The position numbers and the translations under genes are program-made. From contig JAQFVV010000008.1 of the NCBI GenBank assembly GCA_028023455.1, forward strand, positions 15,996,001 to 16,060,000: a stretch of 64,000 nt of DNA, in the 5' to 3' direction. Shown here piece after piece: positions 1-14,549 of this stretch. Each line of letters opens with the position of its first letter. Position 1 is the first letter of the stretch. The DNA is from Epiperipatus broadwayi (Eukaryota; Animalia; Onychophora). The notes below the pieces were generated by a model. It ran no database searches. It worked only from the letters and a program-made list of their open reading frames with translations, and was not told the DNA's origin.

Positions 1-1000
1 GCTGTATTCAAAAGTATCCTTGTTTAATCTATTAATCATGACTCGAATCACATACTATTCTCCAATAATACTATACACTAAATCTTTTACTAGTAAAATA
101 AACTCGTTATGTAGAAAGTTGCTGTGGGGAAAAAAGATTGTTTCGGTTTTACTAAAACGTATTCAAGCTCCTCTAATACAAAATGGTTTAGGACTACATT
201 CAGTACATATTTTTAACATTCAAAAGACATTAAATCTCATTTCTGCATGTGCTTATTTATTTCCATACATGAAAGTGTTCTTCAAGATTACCCCAACAGA
301 TAAACCACCACCAACCAATGGATATTGGAAAACCTTGCTTACACTAATTCTTAACATTCCAAACATTATTTTTTCACCACCTCAAGATAAATTTAAATAT
401 TGGGATATATACCAGATAATTTGCTCTCCCTTAAATGATAAAAGACCAATTTTAAACATTAATAATAGACAATTAACCCGAAAATTTAAATTCTGTTCAT
501 TAGAACCCAAATAGTATGATTTTCTACTCAAATTAAATCTTGAAGCATTGTCAACATTACACTTTTGTAGATATAGAAGGCATTACATAAATACAGAAGA
601 CATATGCTGGTTGTGTCATAGAGAAACTGAGACACAAGAACATTTTCTTTTTGCCTGCCCTCTATTTGATAATATTCGTTCATTCATACCATCATTGTCC
701 AAACAAAGAAATTGTGACATTCAAACCCTTTTACAATCATTTGTTAAGGGTAGCTACCCACATATTCGAGCAAGTACTTTTATATTGTTTTCACTATGGT
801 GTACAAGATGCTCCTTCATGTACAACAACAATCCAAGAAGACATCCAAACACATTCTGGAACAAAATGGAACAGCTCCGCTTAAGGGATGAAAAAATTGT
901 ATCCCAAAAGATGTACACAGCCACTTGGTCAATATTACAACAGCGCTCAAAATTATAGAAATAAAAAAAGACTAATAAAAACAGAACTAAGAGCTTTACA
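1..1000 (+). mobile_element. 3' part of L1/Tx1-clade LINE ORF2 (frameshifted) with A-rich tail
   Basis: ORF 548-958 has the CxxC-x8-H-x4-C knuckle CWLCHRETETQEHFLFAC followed by LFSLWCTRC, typical of L1/Tx1 ORF2 C-termini. ORF 20-514 reads as the upstream part. An A-rich stretch follows the stop. Homologous ends occur at 45913-46191 and about 61650-61950. Confidence 0.75.
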
Positions 1001-1207
1001 AGTGCACAAAACTAATTGGATGTATATATATTTAAAAAAAATAATGTAGACTCAAATTTGTAAACCACATGCATATCCTTTGTCTTTATCCCCCCCCCCT
1101 AATTACAATTTTCAACTTGTTTATACTAACTTCAATTCATCTGCATGTGATAAAATAGTTATAAATGTAACCTTTTCTTGTTATATTCAATAAAGTCATT
1201 TTGAAAG

Positions 1208-1313
1208 ATAATAATAATAATAATAATAGTAGTATAATAATAATGATAATAATAATAATAACAACAACAACAACAATAACAATAACAACAACAAAAACAA
1301 CAACAACAACAAC
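1208..1313. repeat. compound (ATA)n/(ACA)n microsatellite
   Basis: Seen directly; it explains the spurious poly-C/poly-Y ORF 1159-1365. Confidence 0.95.
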
Positions 1314-1959
1314 TGGTATTAGTAAGATATTGGTAGTTCAACTTGCTAGTTGAGTATAAGATCACTTGGATCCTTAGAGATTAACATATATAAAGTCTCT
1401 TTATTTCTATAGTTTATAACTTTACAATTCTGTAAGTTTTTGCCTGTAAGCATTTTGCTGCTCATACACATTTATATCAGAGATAGTTCAAATAGATTTT
1501 TGACTAGAGCACTTCTTTATTAATATCAGAACTTCACCTTACTAGGTTAATTTTCCACTAGTTTACCTTTGTTCTTCCTCCATTTCTCTGATCATTACAT
1601 ACTTGACACTCTTGCATACTGACTGATAACACTGCTTAATTCTTCTGCAGACATTTTATCAGTTTGGCTAATTTGCATAAAGTAACTTTTCTTACCATGT
1701 AAATTAGCCTGTTGCTATTTCCAGTGCATGGATAATTTATTATTATATGGTATTTCCAGTAAGTTTTATTTCCTTTCTGCATAATAAATTTCTGAAATAT
1801 GTGTATGTGTGCATAAACAGCAAGGAAATAATAAGGAAGAAACTAAGGATGATATGATGTTAAAAGTATTAAAATATAAAACTGATAATAAAAATAATAA
1901 ATAATGAAAAATTATAAGTGATATTAAAAATAAATATAAGGATTTAATATTTTTAAAAA

Positions 1960-3320
1960 ATGATGACATCAAGTATCGTTATCTTCACAAAGAAACAATA
2001 TAATGAAAAAATGGAAATTTTATTGAAAAATAATTATTTCCTACAAATTAAGAATGAAAGTATAAGAAAAAATAAGGAGATAATTAGAATAGTAATAGAA
2101 ATGTATTTAAAAGACAATATTAAAAAACATGAGATAATTAAATTAAAAAGAATGGATATTAATAATGTAGAAATATATGGACAACCTAAAGAAGAAAATA
2201 GATATACAATTTAGTCCAGTAATTAATAATACTAATATACATTTTGAAAAAAATTCTAAACTCTTAATATAATGCTATAATGAGAATAATGGTTGTAATT
2301 CAAATTAATTTGATGAGGAATTAAATGACTTCATAAATATGAAGGAATATACAAAATAAATCTTTTCTAAAATTAGATGTTAAAAATACCATATATGAAT
2401 ACTGATCCAGATGAACCACTTGATATGATTATAAAAATATCTATTAAGAATAAAGAAAAATGGATAGACAATTATATGAAATTCTAAATATATGTTGTAA
2501 AATGTATTTGAATATGAAAAGAATTTTTTATAAACAAATAAAAGATCTTAATATAACAAATAGTTTGAGTTTTTAACAGCTTTATATATGAATAATTTTG
2601 AAAACAAATATTTCTATTCTAATAGATATAAATCAATATTTCATGTTAAGATAAGTTGATTATTTTTTAATGGTAATAAAAGAATGTCTGATTACTTTAT
2701 AAATTATACAAATGAAATACATAACAGAATTCAATTTATTGTGGAAAAGAACACAAATAATTCTGATTGATTACATGAAATTAGAATTTAAAAAAAAAAC
2801 AATAAGCAACAAAATGTATATTGAAATAAGTATTTACAGAAAAAAAAAGCTTTTTATGGCTTATTAAGTAATTGGAGTTCAGATATAAGTTGTATATGTA
2901 AAAATAAATATTATTAATAATAGAATAAATAAGGCAATAAAAATTGTGTTCTAAATATAAATTATTTAAAAGAAGAAATTGTTATAATAAAAAATGAAGC
3001 AAAAATAAATGATTATTCTATTAAAGCAATTATAGAATATATAAGAAAGATCAATTACATAAAAATATGGAAATTTATAGCAGTTTTAATTAACCTATCA
3101 AAAGTACATTTTACAAGACAAATAAAAATAATAATGGATATAAATAAGAAATAGAAAAATAAATTTGTAATTAAATCAGTATATATATTAAAAAAGATTT
3201 ATATAAATTCATAAGTATTAAAGAAGGGAGGAATTAAAAAATATGAATGGTATTATATTGTATATTGTTTAGATAGAAAGATAATAAAAATGTTTGTTAG
3301 GTCTGACATGTAAGCTTAAG
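1960..3320 (+). mobile_element. highly decayed LINE ORF2 fragment, same family as the 9.5-13.7 kb element
   Basis: Purine-rich, stop-riddled coding-like sequence. TTAGGTCTGACATGTAA near 3297 is the reverse complement of sequence near 10420. Confidence 0.4.
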
Positions 3321-3384
3321 ACAGTAATTAAAGAATGTCTCTATTAATAAATTAAAGTTATTTTAATACAACTGTCATATTAAA

Positions 3385-3515
3385 ACAAATGCTGATGTAA
3401 ATTAGAAAACATTTCTACTTGATGGATTAACAAATGCTAATGTAAATTACAAATTTCTAATTGATGGATTAACAAAAGCTGGTATAAATTAAAAAACATC
3501 TCTAATTAATGGATT
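3385..3515. repeat. about 42-bp minisatellite, about 3 diverged copies
   Basis: Repeated ACAAATGCTAATGTAAATTA...TTGATGGATTA units. Confidence 0.6.
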
Positions 3516-3904
3516 TATTTTTAAAGACAATTATAATGATAGAATAAATGCTAATGTAAATGTCAGAAATTTAATTAGTCACCCCCCTCCCCTTTCCCTA
3601 AAGTCCAGAATAATAGACCAATTAGAGAATCCATTCCCAAAAACATCTTTATAGGTAAATAATTATATCTAGGTTCTTATAAAGGTTATAGACTTTTGGT
3701 GATTTTTGTAGACTTTCAGGCAAATGATAACAATTGTATATAATATAATATATATTTATGAAATATTATTTACTATACAATAATGGTTTGTGAGATATCT
3801 ATTCCAACTTAACACTGCTTTTTAATTAAATCAAAACCATATATCCTCTCCAATTTAAAATTTTGTTACTTTTATTATCTAACTATAAAATTATAAGCTT
3901 TTCT

Positions 3905-4120
3905 CAAATAAAATGTAATCATAGATATATGAAGATCATATAAAGAAAAGTTTTCATAAAATACATTTACTTAGCTGACTTTCAACTATTACAAAGTCAT
4001 AGATGTAGCTATGACTTCGTAATAGTTGAAAGTTGGCTAAGCACATATTGTTTAAAACATATTTTATTGAAGTTTTTCTCTATATGTTCTTCATACATCT
4101 AATGCTTATATTTTATTATT
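3905..4120. repeat. fold-back (palindromic) element
   Basis: Core arms 3970-4002 and 4009-4041 match at 30/33 positions around a 6-nt loop, and all mismatches are at inferred CpG sites. Diverged arms extend outward. Confidence 0.85.
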
Positions 4121-4149
4121 TACAGATTTATTATTCTTGATTATCAACA

Positions 4150-7100
4150 ATGGAATGTGAATCCTTAGCTTTTGTTCCATAAACATTTCTGAAGATGATT
4201 TTTTATAGTACATGGTAGAGAATGTTGATAGAACATTATCATTGTTACTGCATTGTAAATATCCTTATAGCTATCCTCACTTAACATTTGTTTAATTTGC
4301 TGAAAATATTTTTTCATCTAGTTCATTTGACTCCGATATGGGGATGTCACATGATGTATGCTCATGCTGACTAAAAACTTTTTAGATGTTATGATTGTGA
4401 TGTAAAACTGTTTCCATTCATAAAATTAATATTTCTGAGTAACCATGACAAGTAAACAGTTTGTTAAATATCTTTATAGTATCTGTGGCATTTGTACTTT
4501 TCACTACTTGATATTCTGCCCATTTAGAATAAGTATTTATAACTACAAAAAATGGCATTTAAATGATCCAGCATAATCCATACCTATACATTGACAGGGT
4601 TCAGTAGGTCAAGGTCATGAATCAAATTCTTTGAAAAGTGATCTAGCAGTTGATTTCCCTTTTCAATGCTGTCACTCATATCTGGCTACCATATATATGA
4701 CTTTGAGAGTGTTTTGGCTTTAGGAATGCTGTGATATCCCCCGTATAGCAGTTTTAAAACTTGTTTTCTATCTGCCATTGATATCAATGCATGAATGATC
4801 ATTAAAATATAATTTTTGCTCATAAGCTGTTACAAACATTCCAAATTTCCACTACTATATAATTATGTCAGCAAAGAGGCCACTCTTCTTTAATCCAATT
4901 ATTTACAACTTGGTAATCAACATCTATTTTCATATGACTGCACAATTTAACACAGTTGATTTGATTATGTCTATATAGCTTATTTCTGCTGTTAACTTGT
5001 GTATACTTGCATCTTTCAGACATTTTGGACAATGCATTAGCATGGCTAGTGTTTATTCTTGGTGTAAATGATCTCAAAGTTATTTGAAACAAGTATGTTC
5101 AGATATATTCAGCCAACTAAGCACCCAATGACTCAAGAGACCTAAGGTTTGCTGCTAATTTGCAAATATACCTAACAGGGGTCTTTGATCATTATGAATT
5201 TTAAAAATATGACCATATAAATATTAATGAAATTTTTCTTATAGCATATATTACAGCCAGTTTCCTTATCCAACTGACTATATTTTTTCCCAGCTGAAGA
5301 TAAAGTCCTGGATGCATAAGCAATCTGATGTTGACTTCCTAGACTGATGCAAAAGCACAGTTCTAACATCATATTTTAGAAGCACCAGTGGTTAATACAA
5401 CTTCTTGGTATATCTATATATTATAAAAAAAAGTTGATTAAGTATTAAGTTTATAGCTATGCTGAACGTTTTCTCTTGCTTAGCACTCCATTTTCATCAG
5501 TTTTTCTTTCGTACACCATGCAACGAAGATGGTAAAATTAAAATCCTAAAAATGCCTACAATTCTTTCAAATTTTTAAAAATAGTGGCATTTTTAACAGC
5601 ATTACTTTCTTCTGAATTTGGATGTTTCTTTTACTATTAATCACATGACCTAGAAATTAATTCTTGGTTGAGCATCAAATTTTATTTTGATGCATTTAGA
5701 CGTGTCCAAATTTGTAAAGAAATTCAGACTTTATTTATGTGTATCTCTAATTTGGTGTATTTCAGCAGTTAATAATATCATCCAGATAAGAGATGCCACC
5801 TTTCATACTCTGTAAGAGCCTGTTCATTTAAAAATCTTAAGTGCATATTTATTGGCAAAAGTTTTGCAGTTCTCAATGTTATTGGAATCTGATGAAAGAC
5901 GGATTTGTTCACTTTATCAAAGAACAATGCTTTTTGAAGTGATGCTGGTATTTTATAAATATTCAGCACAGGATATACACTCTTATTGATATACTCATTT
6001 ATAGTTATATGATAATTGCCACACAAATGAATAGACCCATTTGGTTTCAAAATGCAACTATTAGCACTGCACAAATTGACTTACCAAGTATGATGTTATC
6101 ATTTTTCACTAATTACTTTGAGAGCCTCTTCCATCTTAGGTTTCAAGACAAGACACCTTTTCTCAGTTTAAAATGACATAGTGTTTATTAGTTGAAAATC
6201 TATATACTGTGTATTTACTGCAGAGAGACTAGACTGAAATAATTCTGAAAACCTCCTCTGAACCACAGATTACCATTTTACTTCCTTAATGATTTTTATT
6301 TTGATTATCAAGTCTAAACCAGTTTCTGCTTAATGTAGAGCTTATATATTTTGTAACAATGTAAAGAGCCAGCTTTCTTGCTCACCTGTTCACTTTATAG
6401 ATGAATTTTCTATTCCTACTATTTCTATAAGAGTTGCAGTCACATCACTTGCTAATAAATCTGATTTGATGATAGGGATTACTTTTCTTTACAATGTTTA
6501 ACCAATCCTTTTCTGACGCATCTACTGTTAACCTTCATTTTAGATTTGATCATGGCAATGGATGTTTGTCTTTTTGACATTAATTTTTTGATTACAATCA
6601 CCACCTCTAGATTGTAAGATGGGAAGCAAATTGATTTTTCATTTTCTTTGACACTTACTACAAACTTGAGACAAATGACCTATAATATAAGTGGGTCAGC
6701 AGCCATTTTTATGATTATAATTGTTTTTTTTTTATGTCCTGGTTTCTCACAATAACAAGTTGTAATGTCTATAGCATTATCATGACTCTTTTTTTTATTT
6801 TTGACAAATCCATTTTATTAACAACTGTTTGTGGATTCGCAAACTCTATGGTACTTTGGAACTCGCATACATATTGAACAATTTCATATGCTATGCATTT
6901 TTCTATTCAACTACTGCTTGAGCTTGTTATCAGTTAACTCCCACAATAACTGATCAAGAAATATATCCTTTAATTATAATACTAAAATTACATTCCTTAG
7001 CAAGTAGGTGCAATCCTGCAACAAATTCTTGTATATTTTTTGTTTACTGCCCAGTATCTATTTCTATATTGCAGATGTGCTATGCCTTGATGGCATTATA

Positions 7101-7300
7101 TTATATCATCATATAGGAAATTTTCTGGGACCTCCAGGTCACACAATCTGTTAGCCACTTGTAGAAATTCTTTGCCCACTAATTGTTAATTAGCAAGCAC
7201 TTTTCCACATGTACAACATCTATTTGCTATCCTGTTGAACCATTAACATAAAATTTGACAATCAAATTTTTTTGAAGTGCCATTATTAATTTTATCTGAC
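4150..7300 (-). mobile_element. decayed Ty3/Gypsy LTR retrotransposon gag-pol
   Basis: Minus-strand remnants occur in Gypsy order: gag knuckle end GHLSQVC (about 6670), RT KPNGSIHLCGNYHITIN (ORF 5778-6074), RNase H IAYASRTLSSAGKKYSQLDKE (ORF 5172-5372) and integrase IGMDYAG (about 4580). Confidence 0.85.
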
Positions 7301-9479
7301 TCTAATCCCAAATGCTTGTTTATTTTTATAATGCTGTACTCAGGTTTGGAATTATTTTATTATGTTCGTCTATTATATTTGTCACCGAATCAATATTTAA
7401 CTGTTGAGAAAACAAATTATTATTAACACATTCATTTTTGACTGAAGTATTGTGTCTTTTTGCTATACCACAATCAAATCAAAGGTTTAACTGTTGACTC
7501 AGCAAATATGCTCATCACCAGTTGGACTCCCCAGAAAGATTCAGGCTCATGTAAGCTGGCTACTAGCTGGATATGCATTTAAAAAATAATAATAAATGTT
7601 GCTCAACACCACCATATGACTTATTATACACTTTCTAAGAGAATAGAGAAAACTGACATACAATAAATATTTCATAAATACATATTATTAAATTATATAC
7701 AACTGATATCATTTACCTGAAGGCCTACCAAAATCACAAAAAGTCTGTGAAAGCTGTACAAGAACCCTAAATCTACATATTTATTTAATCTCTCTGGGAA
7801 GAAATTCTGCAAATTCTCTAATTAGTCTATTCTGCCAGTGTTTTTATACTCAAAATTCTCTAGAGTGCAAAGATCATTGGGAGGACTATTAAATTATATG
7901 GCACATAAATTTAAATCAACATTTGTTTTATTATAGTTGTTTTAAAATAACAACTTTAATCTATTAATTAGAGGGATTTTCTAATTACTGCCTTAAAACT
8001 TATAATTAGACAATTTTATATTTCCATTATAATATCATATATATATTATTGTCTATTGTAGACAAAAAACCCTACTCATTTAACAAACTATACATTTTGA
8101 TTAATTATCAGCCATAATAATTTCATGTGCAGAAACAACAATGAGTTTTTAGAGATGGAAATTCTAATACATACCTGTACATGAAAGAATGTAAGCATTT
8201 AAATTTTGAAATAAAAATGATGGAAAATGTTAGATCATACAAGGAGATTAATAAAAGAAAATTTATATATATATATATGAAGAGAAAATCAGTTTTAAAT
8301 AGAAATAATGTTAAAAATGTTATATCTAGTTAATTATAGAGAAATGATTTTAAAATAAAATTTAGAATGTAAGGAGTTAAAGATAAATATAAAACAATTT
8401 ATAAATTATATCAATTATATGAAAATCTTTTATTGTGTTTTTGTATATTGTTTGGAAACATATCTGTGTGATTTATATATGCATATAAAAATAAATAAAT
8501 ATATTTGATAGGAATAACTCTTAAAAATGACCATACAATATGATCAAAACTTCTGAGAAAAAATTGAATGAATATATTGAAATAAAAATCATTCATAAAA
8601 GAATAAAACAAAATTTATAAAAGCAAAAATGTACCATAATTGTTTATATATATATTGAAATGGCCCATATTTATAAAGAAAATAGTGGAATATTTACTAA
8701 TAATGCATTCATTAATGAAGTATTAACTTCATAAAGACATTGATGCCATCCAGTTATTTGATGAATTAAAAATAATTTCTTAGTGCTAGAAAATATGTTG
8801 CTGCCTAAAGTGTTACTTTTTTTAAGTTGAAAATAACATTATTCCTATTAGAGTTATTGCTATAAAAATTGCTAGTGGTGATTGTAATCTTTTAAAATTA
8901 AAACTTATTTATATTCTACAATGACCAAAATTAAATTGGAAGGTTTTGCCATATTTCAATAGAAAATGAAATATACTAGCTTTATATGTATTTTTGCGAA
9001 TATGAAAGCAAGAACTTACATTTTAGTCAGCACAGTTGTCTTACAAGCAGTTATCCTGGGTTGCTTCCAGGCTGATGCTTTGACACATGAAAAATTTACA
9101 TTTTAAGTTTTCATTTTAACAAAGAAAATGTAAGTTAATTTGCATTAAAACATAACATGCAAAATAAAAAATTATATTTACTATATTTATGTGTGATATA
9201 GCAGTTCTTTCATTCTACATGATAAGTTAATAGTAATAAATTATTTCTTTTAATCACCTGTTTTTTTCTATAAAAAATATAATTTATGATCATTTTTCAT
9301 TAATTAATACTAATTAGAATTTATGATCACACATGCTGAAGCCTAGCTTAACTTCATGATTTTTAAGAGATTAAGAGGGTTTTTTTTGGTGAGAGAAGTA
9401 GCAAAATATATTACTGCATGAGGTGTCAAAATTCCTAAGACCAGCTTTGCATATACACTACATATTTCACCCATCTTGA

Positions 9480-12400
9480 GTTCTTTTTTTATTTATTCCA
9501 CATTATGTTCATACTTAATACCACCAAAAATATATATAACATGTTCTATATTCCCACATCACTTTAGTTGTTTTTTTTTTTTGCTAGTATGAATTTTCTA
9601 AAAAGTTTTCCCATCCTTCTTGTGTCTCTATTATGGACACCATCTCAAGCTTTTTATTTTTGATCGTGTGTTTTAATTCAGACTACTATTTCCCAATTCA
9701 CTGTATATTTATCCAATTTTAATCACTTCTCCCCTTCTATCTTTTACAAATTCTCTTAACTTTTTCTTTCCCTACATTATTTCACTTTCTTTTCTTCAGT
9801 GTAGTTTGTTAGTAAATAAATAAATTATTCTTTCTCATTTTATTTTTGGACACTATTATTGTGACCATTTCTAACATTACATTATCATAAAACTTATATT
9901 TCCAATTATAAGTTTCCAAAATATAAAATTTATTATAAATTATTATATATTTTCTAATATTTCATCTGTCTCCTTTATTTTTAAAAAAATATTGTTTTTA
10001 AAAAAGCATCTCACAAATTCAATATTATTTTTCCTTTGTAATGTGCTTATCTTATCATTAATAGAACAAGCCCATTTGAATTAAATCTATAACAATTTAT
10101 CTATGCCTACTTTTTCTTTAATATTTTTCAACTTAAAAATGAATTATCATCTTCAACTATTACTTCTGATGATTCTTGCAAGTTATTTATATAAAACACT
10201 AATATTCTTATTGTCACCATGTTTTTCAATTTTATTTTTAGTAAGATGACTTCTTGTCCCAAAAATTGTTTCTGGGTTTTTTTAAACAATATCCACGCAT
10301 CCTTTAATTAATGAATCTATTATCAACATGAATTCATATATATATATTTCCTCCAGCATTTATTAATGTTCTAACCTAAATCTTCATGTATTATCTTGCC
10401 CATCTATTTCTTTCTTAATATTACATGTCAGACCTAAAGATTTTAATTATATTCCAGTTTTTGTTATATCCTTTCAAATTTCTTCTTTCTTTGTCTGTCT
10501 TCAATGTACTACTTATTCATTCAGCTATAATTGTTGTAATAATATCTAATATTAAGCTCATTCTCTCATGTTTACCTACATTTTCCCTAACAAAGTCTTA
10601 TTGACTCTTTATATAATAAACTATTTTTTCTTCTTCTTTAACACATTCCTTGCTACCCTAATATCATTTTGTCTTCTATAAATACAATTTTTTGTGCATA
10701 AGAAATCAAATTCCATTAAGAAATATTTTTTATTATGTAATCCAAATACTGTATTTAAATAAAAAGACTTTTCTGAAGTCAATTGTTTGCTTTCATTAAA
10801 TGTATATAAAATATTCTCAAAGTTAAAATAAATTTCCTGCTGAATTATAAAAATATAATAAACATCCCTTAAGATAATTAACTTATATATAAATAGAATT
10901 TAATCATTTTAAAAATTAGAAATTTCAACTCAGCTCTATGTGTGATCAATAAATTATTCCATCTGTAACCTTATTTTATTATTGATGCATTCACAAAACA
11001 TTTATTATTAATTCCTATTCCTTCTATCTCATTTTTCAAAAATCCTCATCTTATTCTCTACTATTTTATTTTTAATTTGTTATTTCTCTAATTGTACAAA
11101 AAAACAACAACAATATTTCCCTCATTTAATATATATATATATATCATTATTTTATCATTTCTTGTTTATCTTTACTAAAATTGGTTGCATTATACTAATG
11201 AATGTTCAACATTTTCTGTGCCACATTCAACAAATTTAAAACTTTTCTCTACTTTTTATTTCTTTGTCCCTAAACTTCTACTCTAGTCTTAATAAACCAC
11301 TTTCTCTTTTATCCTAGATATCTCCAATTCCAATTTTATTTTAATATTAATGTTGGGTTTTTTAATCACATATTTTTAATTTTCATAACATATTACTCCT
11401 TTTACTTATTAAATTTTCTACCCCTTTATAATAAAACAAGTTTTTCTTTTATCAAGGATAAGAATCTCTGAACTAATGAATTCAAAGAAACCTGTTAGTC
11501 ATTATACTTTTTACTCTAAAATTTCAAATTTATTTGAATTCTAAGTCATTTCTATATAAGGACATAAGCTTTAAAGTTATCCATATCACTATTCAACCCC
11601 AACTTCAAATGCCCAAAATCCATTTTATGTTCATTTAATTTATAATTACAATTGCAATAAATTCATTGTTTGCATCATTTATGACTTTAATAAAAAATAG
11701 AAAATGTATTACATATCTGCTTAACATTATTTACAAAACAAATTCCTAAATTATCCCATTTATAAACATTGTTTCTTAGTATAAAATAACTAATTCCTAA
11801 TAATCTGTTTTTACATATATTCTAATTCTTATTTTCCATAACCATTCTATATCTCTATGCGTTTTGTTAGTGATAATATTCTGCTTATGACTGTAATAAT
11901 GAACAATCTTTACAACATATTCATCTCGCTTTTTACGTAAACTTATATAAAATATTTTTCTAATTCTTAGCATATTCTATTACCAGTATTATCAACTTTG
12001 ATATTTGTCCTTTTCCTGCAACATAATTAAAAATCATTTTAGCTATTTTGTTACTATCCATAAATTCCAATCCACCTAACTTTTCAATTTATTTTTTGTA
12101 ACCATCATGTAAAACATGTAGCATATCTTATTTCTCTTTAAATTTATTTTAAAATATTATCTTTTCACAAACCATAATATCATTCTCATATGTTAAACCT
12201 AATACCCCAATTACCTTTTATTATATCCTTTCTACATCATACAAATTATATAAAATTTTAATTTCTTTATCATTTCTCCCCTTTTTTTATAAATTTATTT
12301 CTTGATAATCCAAAAAATATTTTTGTTACTCAAAATGATTCTTAAATAATTATATTTATTAATTTTATTCATATTTATCAAGCTAAAAAAAAAAAAAAAA

Positions 12401-13750
12401 TTGTTTTCTTTCGCTAGAATTTAGTTTCATTATTTTTTACTATTCTTCATTAAATTTAATCCCTATTTTCTTGCCTATCTTTACATAAATCTCACATCAT
12501 ACATACTTTCTATGTTCAAGAACATAGCAAAAACAAAAAGAATCTGGTAAAACATTATAATTCATTAAAATTATTTTAATACTTTCTTAACTCTTATATC
12601 ACCAACTTCATATGTAACAAATCTGTCTACAAACTATTTTTTTTCACTTTGTGATAAATTTTCTATTCTCTTTATTCTTACTAATTTCTGTCATTTATGA
12701 GATTATAAACAAACTATTATCTATATGCTGATCAGGCCTAAACCTTCCTATAACTTTTACACTATATCAATCTATTCCACTAATTTAATTATTACATAAG
12801 AAAATATTTTATATATTACTGAAATTATTGCAACTAATCTATAATTAATTAACCATGTAAACTTTTTACATATATTTTAAATAACAATTTCATTCTTGTA
12901 TTTTTCCATGTATATGAAATGTCTGTCCCTAATATTAATATATTCCAATCAAACTGTTCTATTCCTAGCATCCATCCAAACTCTCTTTTTAAAGTATTGC
13001 TGGCCTTACCATTAACATCACTAACATGGGAATCAAACCTAGAATCTTTAAATTCATGAATACTGAATTTAAGATGTCACTTTAAACAAATAGACTATCC
13101 TGTCAAAAAGCAATTTAACTTTAAATTTGAAACATAACTTTTTCTCAGTGAGTAAAGTTTCTGATAAAATATTGAAAGCAAGTAAAATGTTACTATTTTT
13201 TAATAGTGTAATTTATAAAATATAGAAACTAACTTCTAATATTTGGAAAATTTTAGTTGCAAATGTCTCAAAATCAAACTTGCAATAAATATATATTTGT
13301 CTCATATAAAAGCATTTTATTTTTCTCTTATAAAATTTTTATTCAACAAATCACATAAACTACCCATTTATTTTTAGAAATAAATTATAAAAAAAATATT
13401 TGCTTTAATTACACCTGTTTTAGACATCTAAACCAGATAACATCCATTTAATATTATATATTAATTCCACTTTTTAATGCTAATAATTACACATGTTTCT
13501 AAGAAGTGACTGTATATTTAAAACCTTTCAAACACATATATTCATCAAATCAAGAAATCTCAAATCTATGTGGACTCAATGGCAAATGGATGGTGAGATA
13601 TGATTATAATTGTTATTCTTGCAATTGTTTTAAGATAATTTTTCTATTTACACTGAATTTCTAGATATTGATTACCTTACAATACTTTACATTTATATTA
13701 AATACTTTGTAAAACCATATTATGTGTATGGTAATGCACACTATGATACT
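9480..13750 (-). mobile_element. long decayed LINE (probably L1/Tx1-like) ORF2
   Basis: Pyrimidine-rich plus strand over about 4 kb. An endonuclease-like D.W.....YTW remnant reads on the minus strand near 12900-12960. Shares sequence with 1960-3320. Confidence 0.45.
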
Positions 13751-14032
13751 TATTCAATGAAAGCATAATCTGGAAAGTTTGGTGCCCTAGTCTTCCCAGA
13801 TTTACGTAATTTACTAGATTAAGAAAATATATAGTATAAATTTCTTGCTATCTCACTATAAATATTCCATATCTAAAGTAGAGATACCAATGGAAACTTA
13901 AGTGTAAAATATAAATATTAACTACTAATTTAAACAATTACTGAGTAGATTTTTGCAACAATAAAGCTATATGGTTAAAGTGCAGATTAATTTTGGGCTT
14001 TAGAAGTAATATTTCCAACTTATATATTAATT

Positions 14033-14549
14033 AACAAAGCAAAACTCTCCATACAGTATTGCCACCTGTGCTAAACAGAGTAATCAATGGATGCCAGGAG
14101 GCTTGTGCATAAAATCCCTATCTAATGCCTACTCATCCAATATCCCCAGACTAGTTTCTGGCTTGTGGCCTTCGTCAGCAAGGAGCTTTGGTTGTAAAAG
14201 AGCCAAAGGCACCAAAATGTATGGGTCCTGAACTGAGTTCAGACCCATATGACTATATAAGCTATTGAGCTTTGAAAATATTTTTTGTGTTTTCAATTTC
14301 ATTCTCATAGTTTTGTAGTTAAGTAGAGATAAAAGGTGGTTGCTAGAGGGTTGCATTACATCCTAAGATCTAGATGCAGTGCTCTCAGATACAAAGCTCC
14401 TCACTGACGAAAGCCACAAGCCAGAAACTAGTCTGGGGATATTGGATGAGTAGGCATTAGATAGGGATTTTATGCACAAGCCTTCTGGCATCCATTGATT
14501 ACTCTGTTTAACACAGGTGGCAATACTGTATGGAGAGTTTTGCTTTGTT
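14033..14549. mobile_element. hammerhead-bearing Penelope-pLTR/retrozyme-like fold-back, family A, copy 1
   Basis: About 158-bp inverted arms (14033-14191 / 14391-14549), each with a hammerhead motif. The about 200-bp spacer is homologous to the spacers of copies 2 and 3. Confidence 0.9.
14398..14439 (+). ncRNA. minimal type-I hammerhead ribozyme motif (family A)
   Basis: TCCTCA CTGACGA AAGCCACAAGCCA GAAA CTAG TC TGGGGA. Helix I UCCUCA/UGGGGA and palindromic helix III ACUAGU are present; helix II is imperfect in this copy. Confidence 0.65.

Noticed and set aside
1159-1365. Poly-Cys/poly-Tyr ORF
   Set aside because: Translation of a microsatellite.
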